64,000 nucleotides of DNA, from assembly GCA_016207275.1 (NCBI GenBank), contig JACQPY010000014.1, forward strand, positions 6,035 through 70,034, given 5' to 3'. The notes below the pieces were generated by a model that worked only from the letters and a program-made list of their open reading frames with translations, was not told where the DNA came from and searched no databases. Below, piece by piece: positions 9,478-18,226 of this stretch. Position 1 is the stretch's first letter. Every line of letters begins with the position of its first letter. This DNA is from Candidatus Kerfeldbacteria bacterium. Its GTDB lineage: Bacteria > Patescibacteriota > Patescibacteriia > SBBC01. The position numbers and the translations under genes were made by a program.

Positions 9478-10476
9478 TCAAGTCGTTGGCGGTGCTGGGG
9501 ATGACGATTCTGGTACTGCCGTTTCTCGACGGATAGTCAAAAAATGATACAGGAACAACGGCAACAGCACGAGCAGCAGCGGAATATTGCTGGCCAAAGA
9601 CGACTGCGTGTTGCTCGGGGTAGGGTAGGTGATGATATTCTGCTTCTGCCACGCATCAAAATCCACGAGCCACTCTTGAGCGAGCTGCCGGTCTTCGTCA
9701 GTGAGCTGGCACTTCTCTGCGCAGTTCACCACGCTCTTCACACCGTAGTTCTCGGTGGAGACGCCGACGGGTGAGACGGCAGCGGGTTCGCGACTGGCTG
9801 TCGACTTGTCCGTGTCGATCTTCAAAGCGACGTTGAGCGCGGTATTGACCAGCAGGGCCGCTGATACCACCGCGCCAATCAGTCCAGCAAAGGCCACGAG
9901 GTAAAAGTACACCGAACGAAGCGGTCCGGGCTTTTGGCCGGCGGCGCGGTTCTTTCGAGCATCCCCCTGTACCATGCGGATGAAGAACCACCAGTACAGC
10001 GGCAGGGACACGATCAGGAACGACAGGGCATTGACCACATTTCGCTTTTTCTGGAGCGAGGCGGATTGCGCTCCCTTGCCTTCGTTCTTCCAAGTCGCGT
10101 ACTGCTCTTTCCAGGTCTTGAACTGCTCGCGGTCAGCAGTGTTAAACTCGCACTTCTCGTCGCAACTATAGAGAACCGGCCCACCGGCCGCCTTGTCACC
10201 GCTCAAGTACAGCATCGGCGGAGGCGATGCGGCGGGGCGGAACGGATCCTGCGCTTTGGTAAACACCCAGGATTTAAAGCCGAGCTGCAGGAGGTAAATG
10301 GAAGACGCGACCAGGAACGACAGCATCACCAATGACACAATGTGCACGAACGCGTTTTTGACCGCCTCGCCCCGGCCCATCGCCTTCCCTTCCTGCACTA
10401 AGGCAATCACGAAAAACACGATCACGCCGATGGCGATGACTGGAATAAATATCCCGAGTGTACCGTAGAATTCCAT
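9478..10476 (-). CDS. membrane protein with duplicated C-x-E-K-C motif, hypothetical, inserted between rplA and rplK
   Basis: 332-aa ORF, several TM helices; two repeats 'CDEKCEFNTADREQFKTWKEQ' and 'CAEKCQLTDEDRQLAQEWL'; no family recognised. Confidence 0.6.
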   Translation of the reverse strand: MEFYGTLGIFIPVIAIGVIVFFVIALVQEGKAMGRGEAVKNAFVHIVSLVMLSFLVASSIYLLQLGFKSWVFTKAQDPFRPAASPPPMLYLSGDKAAGGPVLYSCDEKCEFNTADREQFKTWKEQYATWKNEGKGAQSASLQKKRNVVNALSFLIVSLPLYWWFFIRMVQGDARKNRAAGQKPGPLRSVYFYLVAFAGLIGAVVSAALLVNTALNVALKIDTDKSTASREPAAVSPVGVSTENYGVKSVVNCAEKCQLTDEDRQLAQEWLVDFDAWQKQNIITYPTPSNTQSSLASNIPLLLVLLPLFLYHFLTIRRETAVPESSSPAPPTT

Positions 10477-10520
10477 GAATGTGAGAATAGCCGTTACGTC
10501 CTGACAATCACTCTAGCGGA

Positions 10521-10946
10521 CTATTCCTCAACCGTCAAACCCATGTTGCGGGCTGTGCCTTCGATAATGCGCATCGCCCCGTCTAAGTCTTTCGCGTTCA
10601 AGTCAGGCAGCTTCTTCTTCGCAATTTCCTTAACCTGAGCCTTGGTCACTTTGCCAACTTTGTTTCGCAGCGGATCGCCGCTGCCCTTGGTAATCCCCGC
10701 CGCCTTCTTTAACAGTTCGGCCGCCGGCGGCGTTTTCAGGATGAAACGGTACGTCCGGTCTTCGAATACGGTCAGTTCCACCGGCGTTACTTCGCCCATC
10801 CGGTCTTTTGTCTGATCATTGAACTTTTTCACGAATTCGCCGATGTTCAAACCGTGCGGGCCGAGCGCCGTGCCAACTGGCGGCGCCGGCGTGGCTTGCC
10901 CGCCGGGAATCTGAAGTTTGATAACGGTCTTAATTTTTTTAGCCAT
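10521..10946 (-). CDS. rplK: 50S ribosomal protein L11
   Basis: '[29 protein letters not shown]' canonical L11. Confidence 0.92.
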   Translation of the reverse strand: MAKKIKTVIKLQIPGGQATPAPPVGTALGPHGLNIGEFVKKFNDQTKDRMGEVTPVELTVFEDRTYRFILKTPPAAELLKKAAGITKGSGDPLRNKVGKVTKAQVKEIAKKKLPDLNAKDLDGAMRIIEGTARNMGLTVEE

Positions 10947-11044
10947 AGGTAATGCGTTTTAGATAGTGGGCGATCCCCGCCTCCCCTGTATTCAGGGGAG
11001 GCACATGCCATGTCCCAGCGAAGCGGACATGAGCATGGGTGGGG

Positions 11045-11590
11045 TCAAATTTTCTTCACCTGCAGGAAGTCTAGCTCAACCGGGGTGTCGCGTCCAAACA
11101 TGGAGACCAACACTTTGACCTTGCCGCGGGCTTCGTCGAGCTCGTTCACCTTACCCTCGAAATCCTTGAACGGGCCGTCGATGATCCGGACCGGCGAACC
11201 GACCTGGACGTCAATCTTGTACTTCGGCTCGGCCACGCCCATCCGCTGCATCAGCTGCTTCACTTCCTCGTCAGAAATCGGCGTCGGGGTCGTGCCGGAA
11301 CCGACGAAGCCGGTCACGTTCGGCGTGTTGCGGACCACGTACCAAGAGTCGTCGGTCACGATCATCTCCACCAACACGTAGCCGGGGAAGATCTTCTCCG
11401 TCACCACTTTCCGCTTGCCGTTCTTGATCCGAATTTTGTTCTCGGTTGGGATCAGGACATTAAAGATCTTGTCTTCCATATCCATCGACTCGATACGTTG
11501 GCGTAGGTTACGGGAGACGTTCTCCTCGTACCCGGAGTACGTGTGGAGGACATACCAACGACGTCCTTGCTGGAGGGTTTGTTTGGGCAT
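11045..11590 (-). CDS. nusG: transcription termination/antitermination factor NusG
   Basis: 'WYVLHTYSGYEENV' NGN domain and C-terminal KOW ('GSPVRIIDGPFKDFEGKV'). Confidence 0.9.
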   Translation of the reverse strand: MPKQTLQQGRRWYVLHTYSGYEENVSRNLRQRIESMDMEDKIFNVLIPTENKIRIKNGKRKVVTEKIFPGYVLVEMIVTDDSWYVVRNTPNVTGFVGSGTTPTPISDEEVKQLMQRMGVAEPKYKIDVQVGSPVRIIDGPFKDFEGKVNELDEARGKVKVLVSMFGRDTPVELDFLQVKKI

Positions 11591-11596
11591 GACGGC

Positions 11597-11785
11597 TTAG
11601 CGTTCGATCAAGGCCCGCAGGCCGATATTTAAGATAAAGTCGATGGCGCCTAAAAAAGCCGCCACCGCCAGGCTAATGACAATAACCAAAAGGGTGTCGT
11701 TAAGGGTTTTTTGGCGCGCCGGCCAAACGACTTTTCGGAGCTCGTCCCGGGCTTCTCGGAAGTAGGAAACAATGCGGTTTGCCAC
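11597..11785 (-). CDS. secE: preprotein translocase subunit SecE
   Basis: 62 aa, single C-terminal TM, 'VSYFREARDELRKVVWP' SecE signature, directly upstream of nusG. Confidence 0.85.
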   Translation of the reverse strand: MANRIVSYFREARDELRKVVWPARQKTLNDTLLVIVISLAVAAFLGAIDFILNIGLRALIER

Positions 11786-12041
11786 GTTGATTCACCTTTA
11801 AAATGCCCCGGCGGGGCAGTTCGTATGAAGTAGTGTACTACGCCGCTGAAAAGCCTGTCAAGCACACCTCCCATCGGCCGAGCATAAACGAGGCCGTTCT
11901 AAAAAACGTCGCATCCGAAGCGGCGACGATCAGGGTGTCCCGCCAAAGGCGGGACGGGCCCCTAGCGGAGCCGCGAGGTGCGACACCCAGAGGGAAAGGG
12001 AGGCATCGGAAGGGAAAACCGCTCAAGGTTTTCCCTCCGAG

Positions 12042-13139
12042 CTACACCCGCTTTTCCTCAAACCCAAACGTCAGGTTGGCCAGGGAAACCAGCACCACGG
12101 ACCACGCCGTCATCCAGGCCAGGTCATAATTGATGGCCGCCCAGCCGCCGCCGTTGCGCATGACTTCGCGCAGCGCGTCCGACAAGTAGGTCAGCGGCAG
12201 GTACTGGACAATCCCCTGCAGCCAGGTGGGCATAATCTCCAACGGGAAAAAGGTGCCGCCGAGGAACAGCATCGGGAAGACCACCAGGTTGGCAATCGCC
12301 GGTACGGCTTCGACTGTGCGGGCTACGCCGGAAATGGCAAAGCCCAGCCCTAAAAACATAATTCCGCCGAGGACGACCGCCGGCAGCAGCAGCCAGAGCG
12401 AGCCGATGACGTGGGCCTTGAAAGCAAAGACGCCGACCGCGATCAAGATCACTGCCTGGACCACGGCCACCAGCAAGCGGGTCACCACGTTAGCCGTCAC
12501 GAATTGGTACGGCTTCATGGGCGTCGCCAGCAGCCGCTTGAGAATGCCCTTCTCCTTGTAGTCGACAAAGATGAACGCCGTCGAAAACACCGACATCTGC
12601 ATGATCGCCAAGGCCACGATGCCGGGCAGCAAGAAGTCGATGTACTTGAGGTTTCGGCTGTTGACCTCCTCGGTCGCGACCGCGAACAGCTCTGGCGCGC
12701 CGACGACCGCCAAGTTGGTTTTGTCGAGCACCTGCCGGACGACTGAAATGGCGGTCTGCGCCTGCTGCTGCTCCCCGACGTTGACCAGCGCCTTGACGGT
12801 CTGCTGAACGGGCTGGCTCTCCCCCGCCGGCATCAAGGCATCGGGAATGACAAAGACGACGGAGCGATCGCCCTGCTCGAGTGCGCGGCGCTCGTCTGGT
12901 TCGTTTCCCATCGTGACGTCAAAGGCCGAGATGCCCTGCAGCCGATCCACAAATTGCTGGGTTGGCGGGCTCGGCGTACCGGTCACCAGGCCGACGTCAA
13001 TCTTTGCCACGCTGTCGAAACCAATCAAACCAAAAATGGTCATAATGATAATCGGCACGAACAGCGTGAAGAAGACCGCTTGCCGATTGCGGACGAACAT
13101 TTTAATCGACGACGATGTCAGTTTGACAGTGGTATTCAT
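12042..13139 (-). CDS. ABC-2 type transporter permease
   Basis: 365 aa, N-terminal TM plus large loop then 5 TM; ABC-2 family topology; coupled to ATPase upstream. Confidence 0.7.
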   Translation of the reverse strand: MNTTVKLTSSSIKMFVRNRQAVFFTLFVPIIIMTIFGLIGFDSVAKIDVGLVTGTPSPPTQQFVDRLQGISAFDVTMGNEPDERRALEQGDRSVVFVIPDALMPAGESQPVQQTVKALVNVGEQQQAQTAISVVRQVLDKTNLAVVGAPELFAVATEEVNSRNLKYIDFLLPGIVALAIMQMSVFSTAFIFVDYKEKGILKRLLATPMKPYQFVTANVVTRLLVAVVQAVILIAVGVFAFKAHVIGSLWLLLPAVVLGGIMFLGLGFAISGVARTVEAVPAIANLVVFPMLFLGGTFFPLEIMPTWLQGIVQYLPLTYLSDALREVMRNGGGWAAINYDLAWMTAWSVVLVSLANLTFGFEEKRV

Positions 13140-13187
13140 ACCCGTTTCCTAACTCCTAATCCCTTATTCCTAATCCATCCCCATACC

Positions 13188-14105
13188 TCATTCCCGCAGC
13201 GAATGGCCGGTCGATTTCAAGAACACGTCTTCGAGCGTGGCCTGGCGCAGCTGCAGGTTGTAGAGCTTAAATCGTTCCCGCTGTTCGAGGTTAAAGAGGG
13301 CCGGCAAGGTCTGCTCGGGATCGGTGGTCAGCATGGTAAAACCGTGGTCGGCGTTCGTCACCCGGTCGACTCCGGGCAACGCCCAAACGAGCTCCAGGGC
13401 GACCGCCCGATCAACGTGAAACTCGAGCGTCGAGCCGACCCCCGACTGCTTAATCAGGTTGATCGGCGTGTCGAGAGCAATAATCTTGGCGTGGTCCATG
13501 ATTGCCACGCGGTCGCACAGCACCTCGGCCTCTTCCATGTAGTGCGTGGTCAGGACAATCGTCTTGCCCTTGGCTTTGATCGACTCGATTAACTCCCACA
13601 GGTTGCGACGGGCTTGCGGATCAAGTCCGGTCGTCGGCTCGTCCAAGAACAACACCTTCGGATCGTTGACCAAGGCCATGGCAATGCTCAGCCGCTGTTT
13701 TTGCCCGCCGGACAGTTCTTTGACCTGACTCTTCCGCTTTTCCTCGAGCTGGACCTCCCGCAGCAGCGCCAGGGCGTCGACGGTCCGCCCGTAGAGGGCG
13801 GCAAAAGTTTCAACCAGTTCTTTCAGGTTCAGGCCATCGAAGAACGACGAGGCTTGCAGCTGGACGCCGATCAGCGATTTCACCATACGCGGCTCGGTTT
13901 TTACGTCATGACCATCGAGTACCGCGCTCCCGTTGGTGATCTGCTTCAATCCCTCGACCATCTCCAGCGTGGTCGTCTTGCCAGCGCCGTTCGGACCGAG
14001 AATGCCGAAGGTTTCTCCCTGCCGCACGCTAAAGTTAATTCCGTCCACCGCGGTGAAGTCGCCGTACTGCTTGGTGAGATTCTGAACAGTGATAATATCA
14101 GGCAT
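13188..14105 (-). CDS. ABC transporter ATP-binding protein
   Basis: Walker A 'GPNGAGKTT', signature 'LSGGQKQR', Walker B 'LFLDEPT'. Confidence 0.9.
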   Translation of the reverse strand: MPDIITVQNLTKQYGDFTAVDGINFSVRQGETFGILGPNGAGKTTTLEMVEGLKQITNGSAVLDGHDVKTEPRMVKSLIGVQLQASSFFDGLNLKELVETFAALYGRTVDALALLREVQLEEKRKSQVKELSGGQKQRLSIAMALVNDPKVLFLDEPTTGLDPQARRNLWELIESIKAKGKTIVLTTHYMEEAEVLCDRVAIMDHAKIIALDTPINLIKQSGVGSTLEFHVDRAVALELVWALPGVDRVTNADHGFTMLTTDPEQTLPALFNLEQRERFKLYNLQLRQATLEDVFLKSTGHSLRE

Positions 14106-14146
14106 GAGCTTCTATGGTAACGAACGGAGAAAAAATTTCAATCCTG

Positions 14147-14767
14147 TTAAAAACCTAGTTTTTCTTTGACCAGAATCACGGTCGCCCGCTTCGGCATGAT
14201 CTCCTTGTTGATGATCAGAATTTTGTTTACCCCGCTGTGCATGCCGTACGCCTTCTGCGCCCGCTCATCTTCCAGCGGGAAGACATACTCGTGAATCCGC
14301 CAAAGTGCTTCAGTATCGTCCTTAACCACTTTCTGCGCCCCGACCACCCAAATGACGTGAGCCGCGCCATAGGCGTAGGCACCGAGCTGACTGCCGGTGT
14401 TTGAGGCAATAAACACATGGCCGTCTTCGGTCACGGCCTGGACGCTGCCCACTGCGTAGTCCGGCGCTGCTCCAAGCTTCCGCATTTCCGCACCTTGCGT
14501 TTTTATGTCCATGGCCATGAGCTTCTTCCGCACCGAATCGTATTTTCCACTTTCATTGACGGCCGCAGCCAACCCGATTTGCGCGAGGGTCTCGGATGAC
14601 ATGGTAAAAACCTCGGCTCCTTCGAGAATAAGCTCAAGCACTTTCTGCTTTGCCGCATGTCCGTTCTCCACGACCATGGCGGTCATGCCATGCGCCTCAA
14701 GCGCGGCCACGGTTTTCTCTAAGCTCACGTCGTCAGCCAGTTTGGCAAATCGTGCATTGGGTTTCAT
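14147..14767 (-). CDS. LUD-domain (DUF162, LutC-like) protein
   Basis: 206 aa resembling LutC/YkgG-family LUD domain; ATGA overlap with upstream marR-family gene. Confidence 0.5.
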   Translation of the reverse strand: MKPNARFAKLADDVSLEKTVAALEAHGMTAMVVENGHAAKQKVLELILEGAEVFTMSSETLAQIGLAAAVNESGKYDSVRKKLMAMDIKTQGAEMRKLGAAPDYAVGSVQAVTEDGHVFIASNTGSQLGAYAYGAAHVIWVVGAQKVVKDDTEALWRIHEYVFPLEDERAQKAYGMHSGVNKILIINKEIMPKRATVILVKEKLGF

Positions 14768-15360
14768 AGAATTCCCCTCCTGTCACCGCCTCTGGCGGGA
14801 CCCCGCTTAAGGCGGTGGCCTGAGGAGGAGTGTCCGGTCGAATGACCGGACGGGGTGGTGGGAGCGGCTCTCCCCCTGCCTGCCTGCCCCGAGCCATGTC
14901 GAGGGGAGGGGGAGTTGGAGGGGATGGGAGCTACTTGTGCCATCACTTTCTTCTGAATAGCAATGAGCTGTTCAAGCTCCCGATCCGTCAGCGGCGACAG
15001 CAGCTTTGCCACCCAGGCCAAGTGATCCTTCCGAAACTTGGCAAACTTGGCTCGGCCCTTGGCAGACAGCTGGATCTGGACTTTTCGACGGTCGCGAGAG
15101 TCCTCTACCCGTTCGAGATAGCCAGCTCGCACCACGCCGTCAATCAGCTGCGTGGCCGCGCTGCTGGTCGTCCCCATCACCTGGGCCATATCTTTGACCG
15201 TCACCGGACCATGATGCTTCACAAAATACAAAATCCGCACCTGCGCTGGGTGCAGTTTAAATTCACGAAAACACCGTTCTTTTCCAGCCCACATCGCCCG
15301 TCCGAGGGCCCGGGCAGACTCAAGAAACTGTTCAGTTAAGGCGTGTCGTTGCGGTGGCAT
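14764..15360 (-). CDS. MarR family transcriptional regulator with low-complexity C-terminal extension
   Basis: winged-HTH MarR core over first ~145 aa ('HPAQVRILYFV', 'LERVEDSRDRRKVQIQLSAKG'); final ~55 aa Ser/Gly/Arg-rich; stop overlaps LUD gene start (ATGA). Confidence 0.8.
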   Translation of the reverse strand: MPPQRHALTEQFLESARALGRAMWAGKERCFREFKLHPAQVRILYFVKHHGPVTVKDMAQVMGTTSSAATQLIDGVVRAGYLERVEDSRDRRKVQIQLSAKGRAKFAKFRKDHLAWVAKLLSPLTDRELEQLIAIQKKVMAQVAPIPSNSPSPRHGSGQAGRGRAAPTTPSGHSTGHSSSGHRLKRGPARGGDRRGIL

Positions 15361-15384
15361 TGATCCTCGCTTCCACAGTTTAGA

Positions 15385-15419
15385 TTAGTTAGTTAATATA
15401 TTATCAGCTTAACTAATAT
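15385..15419. promoter_or_regulatory. AT-rich palindromic operator upstream of the MarR gene
   Basis: TTAGTTAA (15389-15396) / TTAACTAA (15409-15416) inverted repeat with 12-nt spacer, 25-60 nt upstream of marR-family start; typical MarR autoregulatory site. Confidence 0.55.
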
Positions 15420-15502
15420 TGTCAAGTCCGGGTATGAACTACGCCCTGGACCGGTCTTCCCAATCCAGGGCGTTAGCACACTCACATGAACGTTCCCGAA
15501 GC

Positions 15503-16090
15503 TTACGCCGACTCGCGCAGCGGTTCCTTCTTGACCGAGCGTGCCCCCTTGACCAAACGGTACGGCTTCTCCGGCAGGACGACGTAGAAGTCTTCGCCCT
15601 GCTCGAAGGATAGCCCCGGCAAATGCACGGTCTCACGGTCGGCCAGCAGCGCCTGACGATTGATCGTCACACGCTCTTCGTAGTACTGGGCGAGGCCACG
15701 ACGCTGCAGCATCGCCCTGAACCGCTCTTCGTCATCGATCACCGTGGCCCACTTGCCGAGCCGCCAGCCGACGACCATGTCGCCAACGCGGAAGCTCTTG
15801 CGGTCGGGACCACAGAGTGAATCGCGCCGCGGCTCGCTGAATCCGAAGATGGCCTTGAGCAAGGCGAAGCTCTGCCGATCGAGACTCGCCACCCGCTCGG
15901 CCAGTTCGGCTTCGAGCCGCGCCACCTCTGCCCGCAACGGAGCCAGCTTGATCTCGTACTCGGCGACCAGCCTGTCAGCCGCATCTTCATTCTGCCTCAG
16001 TTCCTGCGACCGCTCCGCAAGTTGCTCCTGGCTCTTGGGAACCGGAACCGTCACAGGCTTTGGCGCCCGGGAGCCCTTCTGCTTGGTCAT
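15503..16090 (-). CDS. Mu Gam-like host-nuclease inhibitor (DNA-end binding) protein
   Basis: N-terminal coiled coil then 'VGDMVVGWRLGKWATVIDDEERFRAMLQRRGLAQYYEERVTINRQALL…GLSFEQGEDFYVV' matching the Mu Gam pattern 'TGDVSWRVRPP…LGLQRFIRTKQEINKEAIL…GIEDFSIIP'; start at MTKQKG with GAGAGGA SD. Confidence 0.55.
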   Translation of the reverse strand: MTKQKGSRAPKPVTVPVPKSQEQLAERSQELRQNEDAADRLVAEYEIKLAPLRAEVARLEAELAERVASLDRQSFALLKAIFGFSEPRRDSLCGPDRKSFRVGDMVVGWRLGKWATVIDDEERFRAMLQRRGLAQYYEERVTINRQALLADRETVHLPGLSFEQGEDFYVVLPEKPYRLVKGARSVKKEPLRESA

Positions 16091-16163
16091 GTTCGTCCTC
16101 TCTTTCACCAGCCGAATCGGCCGCCAAACAACAACGCCGCCATCCACGCCTCACATATCGTCT

Positions 16164-16737
16164 TCAGGAATCCCCTTTCTCCGTGACGACCGCGCCGTAG
16201 GTCCGGCCGAGATGCGTGCCGCACTCCTCGAGGACGCGGAGGTCGTGTGCCAGTTGTGCCCGTTGTCCAAGGTACTGCTTCCGGATGCGTTCGACGTGCT
16301 TTCCAAACGTCATCCAGTAGACCGGGTTTCGACCGAGGAAGTAGAACAACGCCACGAAAACATTGTAGAGGAAAACGATGCCGATGATCCTCAGGAACAC
16401 GAGGACGATACTCTTCGGTGACGGAAACAGTGCCGTGACCTTTCCCCACAATCTCCAGACCGAAAAGCGCCATGGCGATGAACGATATCATCATCGCCCG
16501 ATTGAGGAGCATCAGGTCGATCCCCAGGAGCTCGACCAGACCTGAGAAGAGGTACACAGCTCGCTCACGCTCGTCGTACGAGAGGTCCTCCCGCGCATCG
16601 ATCCTCTTCGCGACCTCGATTTTGTCATCGAGGAACATCCGCACGAACCACGACGGATGTGCCGCACACCTCCTGGCAAACTCCTTGACGAACCAGCTGC
16701 CGTCCGGTTCGGTGAACCGGGTGAAGAAGATATTCAC
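16164..16737 (-). pseudogene. membrane protein gene with apparent +1 frameshift (two real-looking ORF halves in different frames)
   Basis: frame A 16737→~16455 and frame B ~16451→16164 both encode plausible TM-containing sequence; frame A downstream of the junction becomes Arg/Pro/Gly low-complexity; junction at a gtgggg run. Confidence 0.35.
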
Positions 16738-16903
16738 GGCGTAGTCCCTCCTTGGATGTGAAAGGTCGATCAGTTTCAGCGTAACCGCTGTACCAAAAAC
16801 GAGCCAATCCTACCTGTGGCGGAGGCGCTCGTCAAGCACGGATTGACAGCCTCAGGGAGTAAGCGTAAGGTACAGCCGATTTGGCTTCAGGAAAGGGGGC
16901 TCC

Positions 16904-17134
16904 ATGAGCCAGTCAGCGGATCTGATACGGTGGCAGCAAAGGGTGGGTCAAGCAGTCGACGCAGCGCTCGTTCGCAACGGCCATACAGGTCCAATCTCGA
17001 ACTGGACCACGCTGGGGGAGCATTTCGAACAGATCATCATCGAGGTTGCAAAGGAGCTCGATCGCCTTCCCGGCACCGATCTAGACATCGGACCGAATCT
17101 CACCAAAGCCGAGCTCGTAGGAATGTTCTCCTAG
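16904..17134 (+). CDS. small hypothetical protein (76 aa)
   Basis: ATG preceded by GGAAAGGGGG; upstream TTGACA-N17-TAAGGT promoter-like sequence at ~16847-16875. Confidence 0.45.
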   Translation: MSQSADLIRWQQRVGQAVDAALVRNGHTGPISNWTTLGEHFEQIIIEVAKELDRLPGTDLDIGPNLTKAELVGMFS

Positions 17135-17151
17135 GGAAGGAGGGAGTGGTC

Positions 17152-17385
17152 GTGGACTATCCGACACGCCTTCCAGCGAAGATCATCGTTCGGAACGCCT
17201 ACCTGAGGGCCTACCAGCTCGACGATCCATTAGCTGTTGACGAAGCAACACCGCTCGGCGAGCGTTTCAGGATGATTCTCAACGAGGTCCTTCGAGAGTA
17301 TGGACTCGTCCTCGGTCCGGGTGACGCTGTGGGACCGAGTACGACGATCGGCGATCTCGCGAGGATGGCGGGTGAGTTCCAGTAG
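17152..17385 (+). CDS. small hypothetical protein (77 aa, GTG start)
   Basis: GTG 6 nt after GGAAGGAGGG SD, 18 nt after stop of previous small ORF; in-frame tail of a longer low-complexity track ORF that I do not believe. Confidence 0.45.
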   Translation: MDYPTRLPAKIIVRNAYLRAYQLDDPLAVDEATPLGERFRMILNEVLREYGLVLGPGDAVGPSTTIGDLARMAGEFQ

Positions 17386-17407
17386 AGGGATGCACATGAC
17401 GACGCAG

Positions 17408-17446
17408 AGTCCGCGGATGGAAGAAGCCGCGGACTCACAATTTTTC
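17408..17446 (+). terminator. rho-independent terminator
   Basis: hairpin agtccgcgg-atggaagaag-ccgcggact followed by cacaaTTTTT. Confidence 0.7.
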
Positions 17447-17463
17447 AGCTTCGCTGGCGTGTG

Positions 17464-17492
17464 TTGACACGCGGGAATACCCGGTGTAGGAT
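17464..17492 (+). promoter_or_regulatory. sigma-70-like promoter (TTGACA-N17-TAGGAT)
   Basis: consensus -35 at 17464-17469, 17-nt spacer, -10 TAGGAT at 17487-17492; ~50 nt upstream of the TTG-initiated ORF at 17544. Confidence 0.55.
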
Positions 17493-17543
17493 CACGGGTC
17501 AACCACACCAACCAAAAAACCCAAAACCACGGAGGGTCGTACC

Positions 17544-18083
17544 TTGAAGAACCTGAAGACCGTCATACCCGCGACATCCCTCTGTCTCAGACTGGGGCAG
17601 GACTACGGGTTCACGAACGGCGGCGGCAACATGCCCGCTGTCTGCATGAACTTTCCGCCGCTCTGGGCGGAAGTCGTCGCGTCGGGGCTGCTCCGGCCGT
17701 ACGCGAAACCCGAGGACTGCTTCGTCGGGATGCGTCAGAACGGCGAGTGCTTCGAGATCAATGCGTTCTGCATCGTCGAAGTTCCAGTGCCGACTGAGCT
17801 CCGGCTCGTGGGACTCGACATCCCCGACCACGGAACGTTCGTCATCGACAACGATGCGGACATCCCCATCGACGGCGTCATCGCCTTCATGGAGCGCCGG
17901 CAGCAGATGCCGCATCACGAGTTCTTCCTCACCGTCGGCATCGAGTATCCGGATCCGCGCCGCACGCCAATCCTGTCCGATCGGTGGAAGGTGACGCTCA
18001 GGACCATGCTCGGCGACGACATCAGGGAGCGCATGAGCCAGCGCCTCGGCCTCCTGCCTTCCATGCTCCTTTCGCGGCTATAA
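17544..18083 (+). CDS. hypothetical protein
   Basis: 179-aa ORF with TTG start 7 nt after GGAGGG; no family recognised. Confidence 0.5.
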   Translation: MKNLKTVIPATSLCLRLGQDYGFTNGGGNMPAVCMNFPPLWAEVVASGLLRPYAKPEDCFVGMRQNGECFEINAFCIVEVPVPTELRLVGLDIPDHGTFVIDNDADIPIDGVIAFMERRQQMPHHEFFLTVGIEYPDPRRTPILSDRWKVTLRTMLGDDIRERMSQRLGLLPSMLLSRL

Positions 18084-18226
18084 GCGCGGCCACCCCAACC
18101 CACCCCGGGTCTCTCACGAGATCTGGGGTGGAACCATATTAATGTGAAGAGCCCGCCCAGGATGGATCCCGGACGGGCTCAGTTGTTGACGTATACGTCA
18201 GTGAAAAACGAATATGAACGACGGGA

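Noticed and set aside
9698-10335. ORFs of 131-133 aa inside/antisense to the rplK-rplA intervening membrane gene
   Set aside because: They are alternative frames of the 332-aa ORF, which has coherent TM helices and an internal repeat.
11786-12041. Possible tRNA-Trp upstream of secE (a common arrangement) or an ncRNA in the 255-bp gap
   Set aside because: No cloverleaf-compatible sequence, no GGTTCGAATCC-like T-arm. Only GC hairpins are present (gccccgccggggc; ggaagggaaaacc…ggttttccctcc) that look like terminators for secE-upstream and ABC-permease transcripts.
16816-17385. 189-aa plus-strand ORF spanning both small ORFs
   Set aside because: The N-terminal two thirds is Arg/Ser/His low-complexity with no RBS. 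The region is better explained by two short genes (16904-17134 and GTG 17152-17385), each with a strong SD.
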